Shown piece by piece: positions 13,820 to 27,213 of a DNA stretch of 64,000 nucleotides. Origin of the DNA: Kudoa neothunni (lineage: Eukaryota; Animalia; Cnidaria); NCBI GenBank assembly GCA_964304625.1, contig OZ199839.1, positions 5,138,698-5,202,697 on the forward strand, read 5' to 3'. The stretch's first letter is position 1. Each line of letters begins with the position of its first letter. The notes under the pieces are model-generated. The model did not search any database, was not told the DNA's origin, and was given only the letters and a program-made list of their open reading frames with translations. Both the position numbers and the translations under genes were made by a program.

Positions 13820-15660
13820 CCCTTGGAAGACGGAGCTCCAAAAACTAACGAGAGTGACAATGGGGGTACATTATGCACTCCAGAAAATTTTAATGATATT
13901 GCGCTTATGTGTCGAAACACGTCATTCCATATGCTTGGAAACTATTTTAACATTAAAAAACCACAAAAAAGTAAAAATAATTTAGCTATATAATAAGAAA
14001 CAGGCATTTAACTGATAATCATGATTCACGAAAGAAAGACGAATCAGCTATATATTCGACAGGAGTATATTTTGCAACATAATAAAACTCCGAATAAACT
14101 CTTAGAGGAGTCAACATTCAGCTTCAATATTTTTTCCCCAACTCCATCATACCACCAACAAACTCAGCGGCTGTAATCTACCGATTATTCTCATTAATCC
14201 CAGAGACTAATTTGGAAAGGATTATTTTTGTAATCAATAAATTATCTTTTAAATATAATTTTCAATTTAGTAATTGGAAAAGAACAAATATTCACGATTG
14301 AGATTCAGTGAAGGCAAAATGAAATAAATTTCGTGTGTATACATACACTTAACTGAACGATAGTAATAATTATTTTTGAGTTATTTGCATTATTACCTCT
14401 CACAACATTCTACGTTATTGTTGACTGTTGCCTTATTAGTTAAACTGAGCTTTTAACACAAAACAAAAAGTCTTCGAATAAATATGTCAATTACAAAATT
14501 TGTATATATTAGTTATCATAATTTTGAGTAAAATATAATTTTTTTCGCTTTGTAGATTTCGTTATATTCACAATATAAATGAATATCTTACATACATTGA
14601 ATGTTTACTCCCAAACTAGTCCATAATTTAAATAGAAATATTGAGGTTAAATTATTTTATGAACATGAGTTTGATTTCAAATTGCAATTGGGATATTCTA
14701 AATTCTTTTTTAATTTAAAGAGAACGAAATACAGTTTTTTTGAATATTCAGGACGAAATTCTGGTATCTTTGTCAATATTCCTTGAACAGTGAGTGTATC
14801 TTTACAACACTAAGATTAAAATTATTTCTTTAAAAATAGATGTTGGGTCGTCCCTGATGTATTTGTTGAATAATACAAATTTAATTTTAATTTGAGAATA
14901 ATGAATATTTCCTAAACTTTGACGAGTCAAAATATTTGATTTGATGAATTCCACTGCATATTCTCGAAGAAAATATTGTCACCGATTTCGATCACTTGTT
15001 CATCACTCTGGAAATGTTGATACATATATTATACAAGCGTTAAATGCTGGTACATGGGTAAGTTCCATACCTCCTGGAGTGTCATGTTCTCGATATAAAA
15101 ACACAACTGTATCGTTGCGCCATTCGATCACCACTGTCACACCCTTTTTGGTTTAATTATAATCGCTAATAATTTCAGAGTCGTTTTTGGATAATCGTTC
15201 AATAGCGCTATCATGGAAATCTGTTGACGATGGAAAAATATACGTACTTGCAAAACCCAAATAACAAAATTACCAATAGTGTGTACATTAAATTAATCCA
15301 AAATTAATCTCATCGCCCATTGGATTATGTCGGCTTAAGTTAAAAGTATGATTTCTTTAGGTCTTACAGATTTTATACCAATTTTATTGGGTGTTATTAA
15401 TTTGAAAATTAATTTTATATAGTAGAGTAATCATTGCGTACCTTTTTAATGATATTTCAAGTTGACGTTAGTCTTCTCTTTAAAAGAGTTATATGAAGTC
15501 AATTTCTTTCAAACTGAATATTCTGAATATTTTAAATAAAACAGTGAATTATATTGAGAGATTTCGCTGAGTATAATGTAAAGATTTAATTTTTCAATGG
15601 GGAAATTTTTAAAAATACAAAAGTTGGGGTGCATAATGCACCCCCTTCGTCCCGGGAGGG
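13820..15660 (-). mobile_element. Decayed, internally deleted piggyBac
   Basis: Ends TTAC|CCCTTGGAAGACG and CGTCCCGGGAGGG|TTAA with a shared subterminal GGGGGT(A/G)CATTATGCAC(T/C)CC motif. The minus-strand remnant STDFHDSAIE..EIISDYN*TKKGV resembles the C-terminus of the 19.4-kb piggyBac transposase. Confidence 0.75.
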
Positions 15661-17125
15661 TTAACTTGAGTACATTACTTTTATTCTCCAACATCTCCGA
15701 GGGCATATAAAACATAACAGCCAAAATTTGACGAATATTAATGAAGTTTAAAAAGTTCATTCAGGGACAGCTTATAATAATCTCAATATTTTAATTTGAA
15801 ATTATTTGACTTTTCCAAGAGCAAAGCATTTTGGAAACAAATATTTATTTTTACTTTAAATGGCCGATATATTTTGTAAATTATAAAATAACTATCTATT
15901 ATCTTTTTAAATTTAATGCACGATTTTAAATACCCAAAATATGTAACATAAAACAACCCACACCTTTAACAAAATTACCCTTTATTTTTCTGCTAGTCAA
16001 CTAATTAAATCGGCTTTTACTCTTGCTGATTATCTTAACATTTAACTGAACGTTGAGAAGATAATAATCTAACCAGAAAATAAATGATGTGATAAAATAA
16101 ACTTTAAACAAATTGTAGGAGTTAAAATTGAAAGCGATGTTTAGACGAATTTAGCCAGTATTATCAAATATTGTACTGTTATTTTAAATTATCCAAGAAA
16201 CATTCTTTAACGCGGTGTATAAAATAATTACATAATAACTACATCATCCTTGTAGAAATTTTGTTAGCGCCATAAGGAGATTATGTAGAGGATTAAGTTG
16301 AAATATTGTATATTTATTATAGTAATCTCATATTTTGATTTCTTGTATTTACATTATTATTTAAAAACAATAATGCTAAATTTAAATTAACATTAGTTTA
16401 AATTAACCTGTTTAAGGTAAGGAAGATTAAAGGTTTGAATATTCGGAATTCCGAGTTTTTGCGACCACTGGTACATTTTATTTGATGGCGTTCGTGCGTA
16501 AGTTGCGTCTTTTTAGTGAGAAAAAGTATTAAATACTTTTACATCTAGAATTAACTAATAATTTATTAGTATGCCGATAATAATGAAATACGGAGTTAGT
16601 ACGACGCTGCTGTTCATTTTTGTTTTTAACATTCCACCCGTCGCCAAGCTACTCGGAACTTCAAACAACTATCCACGACGCCCTTAAGTCTATAACGTTC
16701 TAGATTTATCTATAACCGCTGATCAAAAGTTTGAAATGCGTTTTTTAATGAATTGTTTTGTTTTTGGCATTTAAACAGAAAAATTGCTAACAAATGGTTT
16801 TTCTTAATTCTTTGATTCAAATTTATCATATTTTTTAAATCGGATTGCGTTTTAAGGGAAAATTATATTGAATTTGTGATATATACTGTCTTGGGTTTTG
16901 TGATTAATATAGTTATTTAATTAGAAACAGGCTGTTAAAAACCGGTCCGATTATAGTTGAGAAGAGCGATTTATTGCCTTCAGAAAGTTAATTTTTGGGT
17001 CTATAAAATATAGCTGGATTAGAGTCTATAACAACCCTAATTAATCTCTTGGATACATATGCTCATTTATTTTTGCCAAAAATAACTACAAAATTTTGAT
17101 TATGATAATTTAAAATCTAACACGT

Positions 17126-18591
17126 ATGGAAATTTATTTGGGTAGTGGCATGTATGAACAGGGGGTTATCAGGCGCAACGTGACCACGACAGTGAATGGC
17201 ACGATGAAGGTCGGTCCGAAGGAATTGGAGCAGTTTTTCTATCGCACATCTCAAATAGGGAATAAATTTGTTATTCCATGGAAAAACTATGGTTTACCAT
17301 CAAGGTTTCAAGCCTTCAAATGGATTTTCACACGAAAACGATTTGGATTTCCCACAAAAAATGTAACGTGCTTGAGTTGATATTCGAATTTTATTTGTCT
17401 AATGAGCATTAAATTTGATTCTATTTAGGATATAGAACGTCACCCTCTGTTGAATCCATATGTACATAATTCGGCCAATGACATGCTGTCGACAAATGAC
17501 AACAATCTGAAATACACGTGGATAACTCATTCTACAGTGTTGATTAGTTTTAATGGGTTTAATCTGTTGACGGATCCTTTCTTTTCTGGAGTTGTTGGTC
17601 CATTGTATGTGAGATTTTTGGCCAAGTTTAGCAACTGTAAATCTTACGGCGTTCTACCAATAAATGTACAATTTTAAACTTTTACTTTGACCATATTTTC
17701 ACATATGGATGTGCTGTTGTAATCAATAAAAGATCATTTTTTGTTATAGGTTGATCAACTACCCCACATTGATGCTGTTATGATAAGTCATGATCATTTT
17801 GATCATTTGGATGAGGTCTCAGTGGGACAACTCTATTCGAAATATGGGGATGATTTGATATGGTTCACTCCGCTCAACTACAAAAGTTGGTTTCGAAAAA
17901 AATTCAATATTGAAAATGTGGTAGAATTGGAATGGTGGCAAGAAGCTATATATAGGAAAAGTTTAAAGTGTGTGGTTTCAACATCACATGTTCCACATCG
18001 AACTCGCCTTCTGAATGAGAAAATTCAACTGCAATCCAGCGATACAGATTCAATAGTTTTATCACTTTGCCCCAGCCAACATTGGTGTAGCCGGAATTTT
18101 TTTTTGATTGATCATCGCTTATGGGGTAGTTGGATTGTGAGGAACGCCAACTTTAGTTTCTTTTTCGGTGGTGATACCGGCTATAACCCACACATTTTCA
18201 AAGCTATCGGGCACAGATATGGACCTTTGGATTTGAGTGCAATTCCTATAGGTGCATATGAACCTAGGTGATTTTTAATGTACGTGTGATGTTTTGATGA
18301 AGATTCCAATTGAAGGTATATCATGCGAAATGAGCATCTCTCACCTTGGGAAGCTGTTCAGGTTCATCTAGAGTTGAAATCGAGGAAATCTTTTGGTATC
18401 CATTGGGGCGCTTTTCATTTTAGTGACGAGGTAATGGGGTGATTGAATATTTGTTGGAACTGTTTTTTTTTTAATTTTAGGGATTTTTCGAACCTCCGAA
18501 TGATTTACACAAAGCTTCTCTTGCCGAAAAAATCCCACCTAACAGCTTTAATGCTGTGCGTATTGGTCAAACCTATTCAATTAATAAATAG
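17126..18591 (+). CDS. NAPEPLD: N-acyl-phosphatidylethanolamine-hydrolysing phospholipase D (metallo-beta-lactamase fold), at least 5 exons
   Basis: Motifs TWITHSTVL, LTDPFFS, ISHDHFDHLD (HxHxDH), ELEWW, PSQHW, LWGSW, FFGGDTGY, IPIGAYEPR, H..P.EAV..H, GIHWGAF; stop TAG 18589-18591. Start codon uncertain (17126 or 17150). Confidence 0.92.
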
Positions 18592-19390
18592 TTTTGTACC
18601 TTTGTATTTTATAAATGTAATAGTGTTAATTGTACCTTAAGAGATTTTTATTGAATAATTTATATATGAATGACTAGGAAATAAATGATCATTTTTATTT
18701 GATACTAGCGCTAATGCCCAGCTTTGCCTGACACTATGTGGTGGAAAATTTTAACTTTTAATTTTATTTTTGAATGGAGAAATTCTACGGAAGATTTAAT
18801 CTAATTAGCACATGTAAACCCTGTAAATTTCATTTTTCTATTAAATTATTGCATTTTAAAGCTTGTCATTATTTTTGCAATGTGTTGAGTTAATTAAACA
18901 AAATTATGCGCATATTTTCCGTTCAAATATAAATGGAGGTATCGAGAGAAATTAATGATTAAAAAAGTTTATCTTACAAATTAATGACCCAAAGTATGAC
19001 CTTAATTTTATGAGCAATTTAATTGACGTTTAAAGTTTATTTGTTTATTAAACAAAATCATTAAGCAACTTAAATAGGACCTTCAGTTCTTTTCAAAATC
19101 TTACGAGAAAAATTAATCTTTCTAGTTATAAAGTTTATTATTAGTCAATAAATGATGAACAAAATAAACCTAAGATGCGCCAGAAACAAAAATAATAATT
19201 GTTACTCATTTTTTGCGATTTAATAAAGGATGTTAATGAGGTTTTAATAATCTGTGAGTGGTAACTTACATATTCATTATTTTAACAAAAATACTTACTG
19301 GTTCAAAAATATACAAATTAAATTATCAAAATACTATTAAATCTAAAATATAAAGGTGTTTTTGGTTTGAAAAATTTCAATAATGCTTAA

Positions 19391-22300
19391 CCCTAGCGGG
19401 ACGGTGTGAGGTTCATGCGGACCCCAATTTTTGTATTTTCTCTTCATTTTATGAATGAAAAAAATTTTTAATCCCATGAATCCCAAAAGAAGGTATCAAT
19501 TTTTTTATGTTGCTTTTAAAGTTTTTTTATATTTAAAATTAATCGAAATAAACTTACTTCTTTCGTGTATGTTTTTGATAAAAGGATTATTTAGTTAGCC
19601 TTTTAATTGAGATTAATATATAAAATAAAATAATTAATGGAACTCTATTATATATGTGCTTTAATTATATTTGAAGTCAATATGCTTGTATTTCTATCAT
19701 TTTATATAATCGCCCGACAAATACCGATATATATATACCCATAGATTATTGAGGGATTAGAGGCTTAAATTTAAATCCACGTTGTTTATTTACATGTTAG
19801 TAAATTATTAGTTATTGTCTTTGAAACTAAAATCAAATAGAGCAATGCCAAAAGAATATTCTGATAATTTATTAAGTGATCCTGTTGAGAATGATGAAAT
19901 CGACAGTGATCTTGATTTTGAGGGACCGCTATCTGATATTTCAGATTGCGACGATATTGTAGAAACAATGGATTCCTCATCTTGCAATGAAGATAATGAT
20001 AATCTAGAGAATTTAGTGGAAATTTCTAACTCCAGAATTGGATTCAAATGGAGTTGCAGTGAAACAATGAAGAGGAAAAACCAAAGCCACAATCTAATCT
20101 TGCCAAAACCTGGACTTACAAAAGAGTCGAAAAATGTACAAACGATTATGGAAAAATTATCGCTATTTTTTTCGAGTATTGTGTTGGAAAAAATATTATA
20201 TCTTACTAATAAGTACTGCCTATTGAATGAAAAATGTAGCGATAAGGATACCATAACAATGGAAGAGCTGACAGCTTTTTTTAGAATCATGATCATATCT
20301 GGCAGATGTAATGGAACCAAATTATCACTCAAAAATCTTTGAGATTTTAATCCGTTGTTCGAACAGCATTTTTTCGGTGGCTCTATCGAGGGATCGTTTT
20401 TGCTAGATTACAGAACGATCCGTTTTGATGATCGACTCACGAGAGCATAAAGAATGAGAACACCTGGCGACAAATTTGAAGCAATGCAAGAAATCTTCGA
20501 CGATTTAAATTCCTCGCGCACACGGAACTATTCATCGGGTACACATATAACTATAGATGAGAGAATGGTTTCATTTAGCGGAAGGTGCCCTTTTCGTATT
20601 TACATGAAGAATAAACCCCATCGATTCGGGATGAAGTTGTGGGTGGCTTCAGATGCGGATACATCATACCTATTAAATACCCAACCTTACCTTGGTAAAG
20701 TTAACGGTATCAGAGAGAAAAGCCAAGGAGAACGAGTCGTCGTGATAAACGACTGACAACTTTTTTACATCCATTCCCCTAGCTTTATTTTTACTAAAAA
20801 TGATTTAACTCTGACTAGAACTATGCGAAAAAATAACCGATACATCCCAAAAAATAATCTTAGTGTGAAAGATCGTGATGAAAATTCCTCAATGTTTTGC
20901 TTCTCCGATGACTTAACCATAGTTTCATATGTTCTCAATAAAAACAAAAATGTCATTTTATTATCAACAGAATTCCATGATAGTGCCATCGAAAGAGGTG
21001 ATAAAAAAAGACATGAACTTATCGTTCATTACAATCACAGAAAATGGGCAGTTGACAATGAAGACCGGATGACCAAACTTGATGGTTGTTATAGAAGAAC
21101 CAATTGTTGGCCATTCTGTGTTTCCATGGATCTGATTGATATATCTGCGTTAAATGCACATATTATATGGACAACCAGATTTCTTGTTTGGCGTTCGAAT
21201 GATCGCAGTCGACGTCAAACCTTCTTTTGAGAATTAGGGATTCGATTGGTCATCTCTAACGTATTGCGTCGTTAAGAAACCTTTACCAGGTACCATTCAG
21301 ATTTACAATACGGATTCAAAATATTCAATAGCTTTATCTCCAATTCCAGCTCAAATATGCAAAATGATTCAACATCATCAAAAAAGGGACGATGCGCATG
21401 TTGCCCACACAACATGGATAGGAAAACCAAAAAAAATGTTTTTCTTGTTACAAGCCAATTCGCCCACTTTATAAAACCCAGAAAATTATAATCACTTGCC
21501 CAGACTGTCAGAATGATTTGAGTGCTTAGTTTATTGTTGAATTATTATCCTGTCTAACGACAGTTAGATTTATTTTATATTGGCTCATTCTTTTACTGCA
21601 TTATAAAAAAAATATTTTTAATTATATACGTATTTTAAAGAGATTTTTAAATTAGAAATAGTTTGTTCAGCATAACAACAATTTGAATTTTATATACGAT
21701 TTATTTGAAATTAAAATTTTAGCCAAATTTCTCATAATTATTCTAACATTCCTTGGTAAAAAACTAAAGCCAAACAGAAACCAAAATAAACACAAATTTT
21801 CACTATAACTTAGTGAAATAATCTTTCTAAATTTGAATATTTTTTAACCTAATAAATGTTTCGGTGACCAATATTTACTGCATATAATAATTTCAATTCC
21901 GAAATATTCACCGTCGTTTATGATTTTTTTTAAATTGACTTTTGAAGTAACTATCCAAAAAACGTCGAGCTAATATTACCTATTATTTTTTAATTTGAAA
22001 ATCACATAGAAATAAAAATGTCTTCTAAATGAAAAAATATTCAGATAGAATAAACGTATTATGTAGGTATGGATATCAATTTTTGAGGGCATTACATGCA
22101 TCGATGATTAATTTAAGCTTACAAGTTTAAAAATAAGTTCTTTATTTTATAGCGAATAAGTAATTCTATTATTGGTATGTGAAATAAAATCAATCTAATA
22201 TTTTATTAATAAACATATTATATTATGTGATCTCTATGTTTGTTAACAAATAACGATTTTGTTATAATTATAATCCTCTGCGCTGTAAGAAAATTAACGA

Positions 22301-22677
22301 GAGTTACTCGGAAAACGCGGCTTGGTGTGGCTAGCTGGTCCTTTAAATATTCTTGAATACAAACAATGCTACTGAATGTCTTAATAATTGCCACGGAAGA
22401 GCTATTTTATACTGCCTATCGGTGCCTTGCGAGAGTGTCACAGTCATTTTGTGAAGCTTTGCCTTCAATAGAAAATTCTGCTAATCTATCCATTTTTTAC
22501 AAAAATATATAAATAATTTTAACCAACTAATAATCTTTTCTATATATTTATAATATATTAATCATATAAATGGTAGTTATTATAAAAATTGCGTTTACAT
22601 AATGAAATAACCTCGGGGGTAGGCGCGGACCCCACACCGGAACATAGGTACATTTTCCGAACACCGTCCTGTAAGGG
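19391..22677 (+). mobile_element. piggyBac transposon with both ends
   Basis: TTAA TSDs at 19387-90 and 22678-81. 17-bp TIRs CCCTAGCGGGACGGTGT / ACACCGTCCTGTAAGGG (3 mismatches) with subterminal repeats. The empty site is present at ~33931-33954. Confidence 0.95.
19845..21520 (+). pseudogene. piggyBac transposase pseudogene
   Basis: Acidic N-terminus, TIDERMV..GRCPFRIYMKNKPHRFGMK, DNFFT, YNHRKWAVDNED, and Cys-rich C-terminus (GRCACCP..C..C); several stops and frameshifts. Confidence 0.92.
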
Positions 22678-24060
22678 TTAAATATCAACTGGTTTTATCG
22701 AAGCAGTACACCCTTTTGAAAATAAATGTACTATTTGATTGCCCTAAAAAATTTCTTTGTATTGAACTATTCTTAGATTAACGAAAACTGTGTGAAAATA
22801 TCGGTTAGGTCGAATAGACAAATAATTTCTTATTTAGTTACATGACATGTATTGAGAGGGGACTTTATTTTATGCAAAAGTAACCGTGGATATAAATTCA
22901 TAAACTGCATATAGAATGTGGTGTCGCATATTTTCATGCAGCTTTTATATCATAATGAGTTATTTTTAGCGAAAGGAAAATTATATATTGATTTGAATAT
23001 TAACCTTAAGGTCTGGGGGTAAGGAATAATCAGGTTACTAAGAATTTAAATATTATTTAAAAAATTATCTCGTCAAATAAAGAAACTTGTCGAATTAGTG
23101 ATGCCTGTTGTTTTTCAATGAAGTTTAGGAAAACCAAAAAATGAGTAAAAATTTATCGAAAAGACGAATATAATTTCAATCGATATATTTGATAAAAAGA
23201 AATTTTAACATCTCAGGAATTCCAATGGAGCGTAATTTTCATTAAGAAGTTATCACAAAAACTTGATTATTTGAAAACTCTACACGCATCTTACACCGTT
23301 ATTAGAATGCGTATAGAGACCCAAATTATTCAAACGTGGTAACAACTTGTAATCTCGAATTATGTGTTTTATTTAAAATGATCATAATCTTTTTCGCTTA
23401 ACAATATTTATAACGCTTGAAAAATGAAAATACATCCTAAATAGTTCAGTTATGCTTTAAATTTTAAGGGAAATGCTACATCTCTTGTAAATGTGACGTT
23501 AATAGTTTTATTTGTCTTAAAATTATTCCAAAAGGCATACTTAACATTTTTAAAACATTCTATATCATAATTAACAGATTTTCTGTGTGTATAGTGAGTA
23601 AAAGTTCATTCTAATTGACTATTGCTCTGAAGTGAACAAACATCAATATTATTCGGGTACCTTTAATCGGGTCGGGTAATTGATGCAAACAACCAGAAAA
23701 TTTTTTATTTCTGACTGCGGTATTAATTATATCTATACTTCTAAGTAAATGAACGATTTTTATTAATGGTATAATCTAATCAAATGCAAACTAAAAGCTG
23801 TATTTAAAAAAGTTTCTCCATGGCACATCCGTACTGCTGCAAACACGCACACTGACAGACATAAGAGCTTTATATATATAATAGATATTAATAAATAGAA
23901 AATATTAGATTGAACACGTAAATTAAATTTTCAGTAAAATTCATCAAATGGCTAGTTGCCCATCAGACTTATTTCAGCTTGGATTACGCACGAATCGCAC
24001 ATAATAATACATTTTCGAGAGGGATTCTGATCACTTAGAATCGATACATTACGTACAAAG

Positions 24061-24528
24061 ATTTTTTTCCAAGGTAACCCCCGCCCCGGTGCAACTTATT
24101 AGGTTGTGGAGTTATGGCTGGTTAGATCATCCTCATTAGAATAAACGCTGTAGACGCTGCAGGACGAGTAACACCTACCCTTGCTTTTCGGCGGTAGCGT
24201 GGGAGTTTAACCCATTTAACATCCTCGTTTCAGAGTAACCACCACACCAAACCCTATCCATAACGACTTTGACTCTATAGGGATTTCAGGCCCATTAGTG
24301 CTTCCCCGACGATCGAAAAGTCAAATTTAACCTCCTCTACTTGATCGAACTATATTTGCAGGTGAAAATACACGATGCTTATGGTGCAATAACACTCTAA
24401 CAACAGCTCCCATCACGGGATAGAGACACACTCGCTCGGAAACAATAGACTGATCAGTGGCGGGAGTCGAACCCAGTACTGTTGGGTATTGGGTTTAGAC
24501 ATCACACCACTAGGCTATGTGTCTACGG
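24061..24528 (-). mobile_element. tRNA-derived SINE (~470 bp)
   Basis: Perfect 14-bp TSD CATTACGTACAAAG (24047-60, 24529-42). Minus-strand head has Pol III A box TAGCCTAGTGG and B box GGTTCGACTCC; short A-rich tail. Confidence 0.85.
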
Positions 24529-24828
24529 CATTACGTACAAAGCATGCTCATCCGTGAAAATTTTTCATAGTCTCAAGATGAAGCTCGAGCCTCGGTTCAA
24601 CAAGATACGGTTTAATCTATCATTCCAAAGGTTTCTGGAACAGAAGTTACGCATATTAAAGAAATTCATTTCAATAAATAGCAACACACATGCTAGCATG
24701 GATAGCTTAAATTAGAATGTATATCCCTATACTTGGCTGCAGATAAAGCATGATTTTAATTACAGAATATAGAGAACTCTTAGTTCATAATTTTATTAAA
24801 GAGAAAGCAATGAATCTGATAGTTACTA

Positions 24829-25963
24829 TAGGGTTTTGCGCGACTATCAAATTCGGACATTTTGCGCAGCATAAAAACTAATGTTTAAAATGTAAAATTT
24901 TATGATTAATGCCACGTAGATAACTATTTACATATTTTAATCTCGCGCCACATCTTCCACCAAGTGGCATTTACCTAAAAAGGTTTCCGAATGTTCAAAA
25001 AATTTTATAATTTCACTTCCAGTGACCGAGGAAGCAGAACTATCCATTCTATCAATTAAATCATTTCTTCCTCTAATTGGGCCATTTCGTCTTACTCTTG
25101 ATTTAATTAAGGAGAATACCTCTTCGCAAGGGTTGAGAAATGGTGAATATCTCGGAAGATACTGTATTTCTCCAGAAAAAATGTCGTAAAACTCAACATT
25201 GGAATCTCACATTATCCATTGCAATAATAAAATTTCGTCAATCCATCGCTTCCTCTACCTTTTTTAAAAATGATTGAAAATTTTCCGTGTTCACTGAACC
25301 GAAAATAGCCTCGCAATAGATAAGACCTTTTCCGTTAATGACCAATATCATTGTGACATTATTTCCTCGGCTGTTCGGAACTACTGCATTAGGGGTGGTG
25401 TCTCTTAAGGACCCGCCGTGGCTTCTTAACATGCAGAGGGAAAAGGGACTTTCATCCACAAAAATAAGATTTTCGTATCTTGTGGTTATGGGAAGTTGAG
25501 TATACCATTCAGCAAACTTTTTTCTCTCTGACTTTACATCATAGGAATTTCTACTCAGCGGTACCGTTCTTACCATTTTAAATGTTATGTTCATGGATGT
25601 CAACCAGCTTGAGACAGTCGCGGGATTAACGTTTAATGATAATTTTTCAATCATCAACGCAAGAGTTAAGATGCAATCATCGTTAATCAAGTCCAACAAT
25701 TTCCTCTTGATTTCTCCGTTAAAAATAACTCTTCGTGCTCCACCTGGCGGCAAATTTTCAAAAGAATCTCTCGCTAGAAATCTTTGAACGATATCGTTCA
25801 CAGTTGATCTTGGAACATCTAGATTCTAGATCATCTGCAACCTCTTTTTGTGATCTTCCCTGTTTGATAACTAGTTTAATCACTCTTTTCCTTGTTTCAC
25901 TCGTGTGCTTTGCGTATCCAACCATTTTTGTTTTTACTGTTTACTAACGCGCGCAAAACCCGG
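24829..25963 (-). mobile_element. Tc1/IS630-type element with frameshifted transposase (24937-25925)
   Basis: TA-flanked short TIRs (TAGGGTTTTGCGCG / CGCGCAAAACCCGG). N-terminal HTH, then IFVDESPF, MDNVRF and YLPRYSPFLNPCEE. Confidence 0.9.
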
Positions 25964-26331
25964 TAACAATTTTGTGAATATGCCTTAATATCAAATAAAA
26001 TAATCCACGCAGCACTATTGGATAAATCCTAAGTCTCTGCCATGCTCACAACTTTAATAATACAACCAAAAGGAGTGAGATGAATCTTTACTCAAACTTT
26101 TGAATAGATATAATCACCTAAATGTTCGTTTATTAAAATGTTATTTGATCATGCACTTTAATTATGCTTAAAAATCATAAAGTATTATTAAATCCATAGA
26201 TGTATTATAAATAGTGTCAATGAATAGAATAATATAGCAAGGGCAAGTAGCAATTAGATACGCACGCGCAAATCCTAACGAATAAGTACGATCGTGTTGC
26301 TGAAGCGTGTACGTGGTTTGTTGGGTTCGGT

Positions 26332-27213
26332 ATGACGAGATCTAGAGTATGTTGTTGGTTAATTACATCGTTGGCAATTTTCCAGAACAAACACGACTAA
26401 CCTGATATATTCAAGGATATATCATCAGAGTCACCAAGGTCTAATGGAAAGAGATCACGTTCTGTGAGTGGTTCTAGTTCTCCTGGTCGTAGATCACCCC
26501 GTGATAGACGTCCAGATTTCAGATCACCCTCACCCTCAAGGTAACTGATTGTTTTGTTTGTGGTAGGATGGTTGATTTATGTATGTTTTGGTATAGATAT
26601 CGCGGTAAATATGTAAGTTTTTGAGAGCGTGCTATTACTGGCATCATCTAATTATCTAATCATTTTAATCCATGCATGTATAGGAGAATCCTGAGCCTTG
26701 TAAATGTTTGGGTGTTTTTGGATTAAGTCTACGCACCGATGAACGTGAATTGAAAGATATATTCCGAAAATGTGGTTCCATTGACAATGTGACTATTGTG
26801 TATGATCGTCGCTCTGGCAGATCACGTGGTTTTGGGTTTATTAAATTCCGACATCAAAGTGATGCTGACGAGGTAATTTCTATTTGATTAGCGGTTGGTG
26901 ATTAATATATGTGATTGTTGGCGCATGTACTAATAGGCAAGAAAAAGCATGAATGGTATGGACATTGACGGTCGTCGTATTAGAGTTGATTATTCGGTGA
27001 CTAAACGACCGCATTCACCAACTCCAGGTGTATATATGGGAAAAACGTAAACCAACCACACGATTGTTGTTATGATTTCTAACGATGTGTCATTGTTGTA
27101 GTGACGATCGTTACCGCAGATCGCCGTACGATGGAGGTAGAGATCATGAACGTAGAGGTTCATATAGACGTCGCTCACCATCGCGTTCAAGATCTTATGA
27201 ACGTCGTCGTTAA
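26332..27213 (+). CDS. TRA2: Transformer-2 (RS-RRM-RS splicing factor); exons 26332-26346, 26416-26540, 26597-26612, 26684-26872, 26937-27046, 27102-27213
   Basis: Spliced ORF: RS-rich N-terminus, [72 protein letters not shown], then an RS-rich C-terminus ending [14 protein letters not shown]. Confidence 0.96.

Larger units (their letters stand above)
18705..23885 (-). mobile_element. Non-autonomous composite Helitron split by a piggyBac
   Basis: Minus-strand A|TCTATTATATATATAAAG start at 23885 and 3' hairpin GTCAGGCAAAGCTGGGC plus CTAG|T at 18705. Segments 19231-19390 and 22678-23885 are an inverted copy of 32640-34147. Confidence 0.75.

Noticed and set aside
15900-16700. Minus-strand exon-like fragments with a hydrophobic start (MNSSVVLTPYFIIIGILINY*)
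   Set aside because: Early stop and no recognisable homology.
24120-24240. Hammerhead ribozyme in the SINE body (CTAATGAG, GAAAC)
   Set aside because: The core is imperfect and I could not form the required stems.
24440-24528. tRNA gene (A and B boxes on minus strand)
   Set aside because: No complete cloverleaf seen; it is the head of a TSD-flanked SINE.
26567-26580. Second 14-nt TRA2 microexon (tag|...|gtatgt)
   Set aside because: Flanking introns would be only 26 and 16 nt, shorter than any others inferred here.
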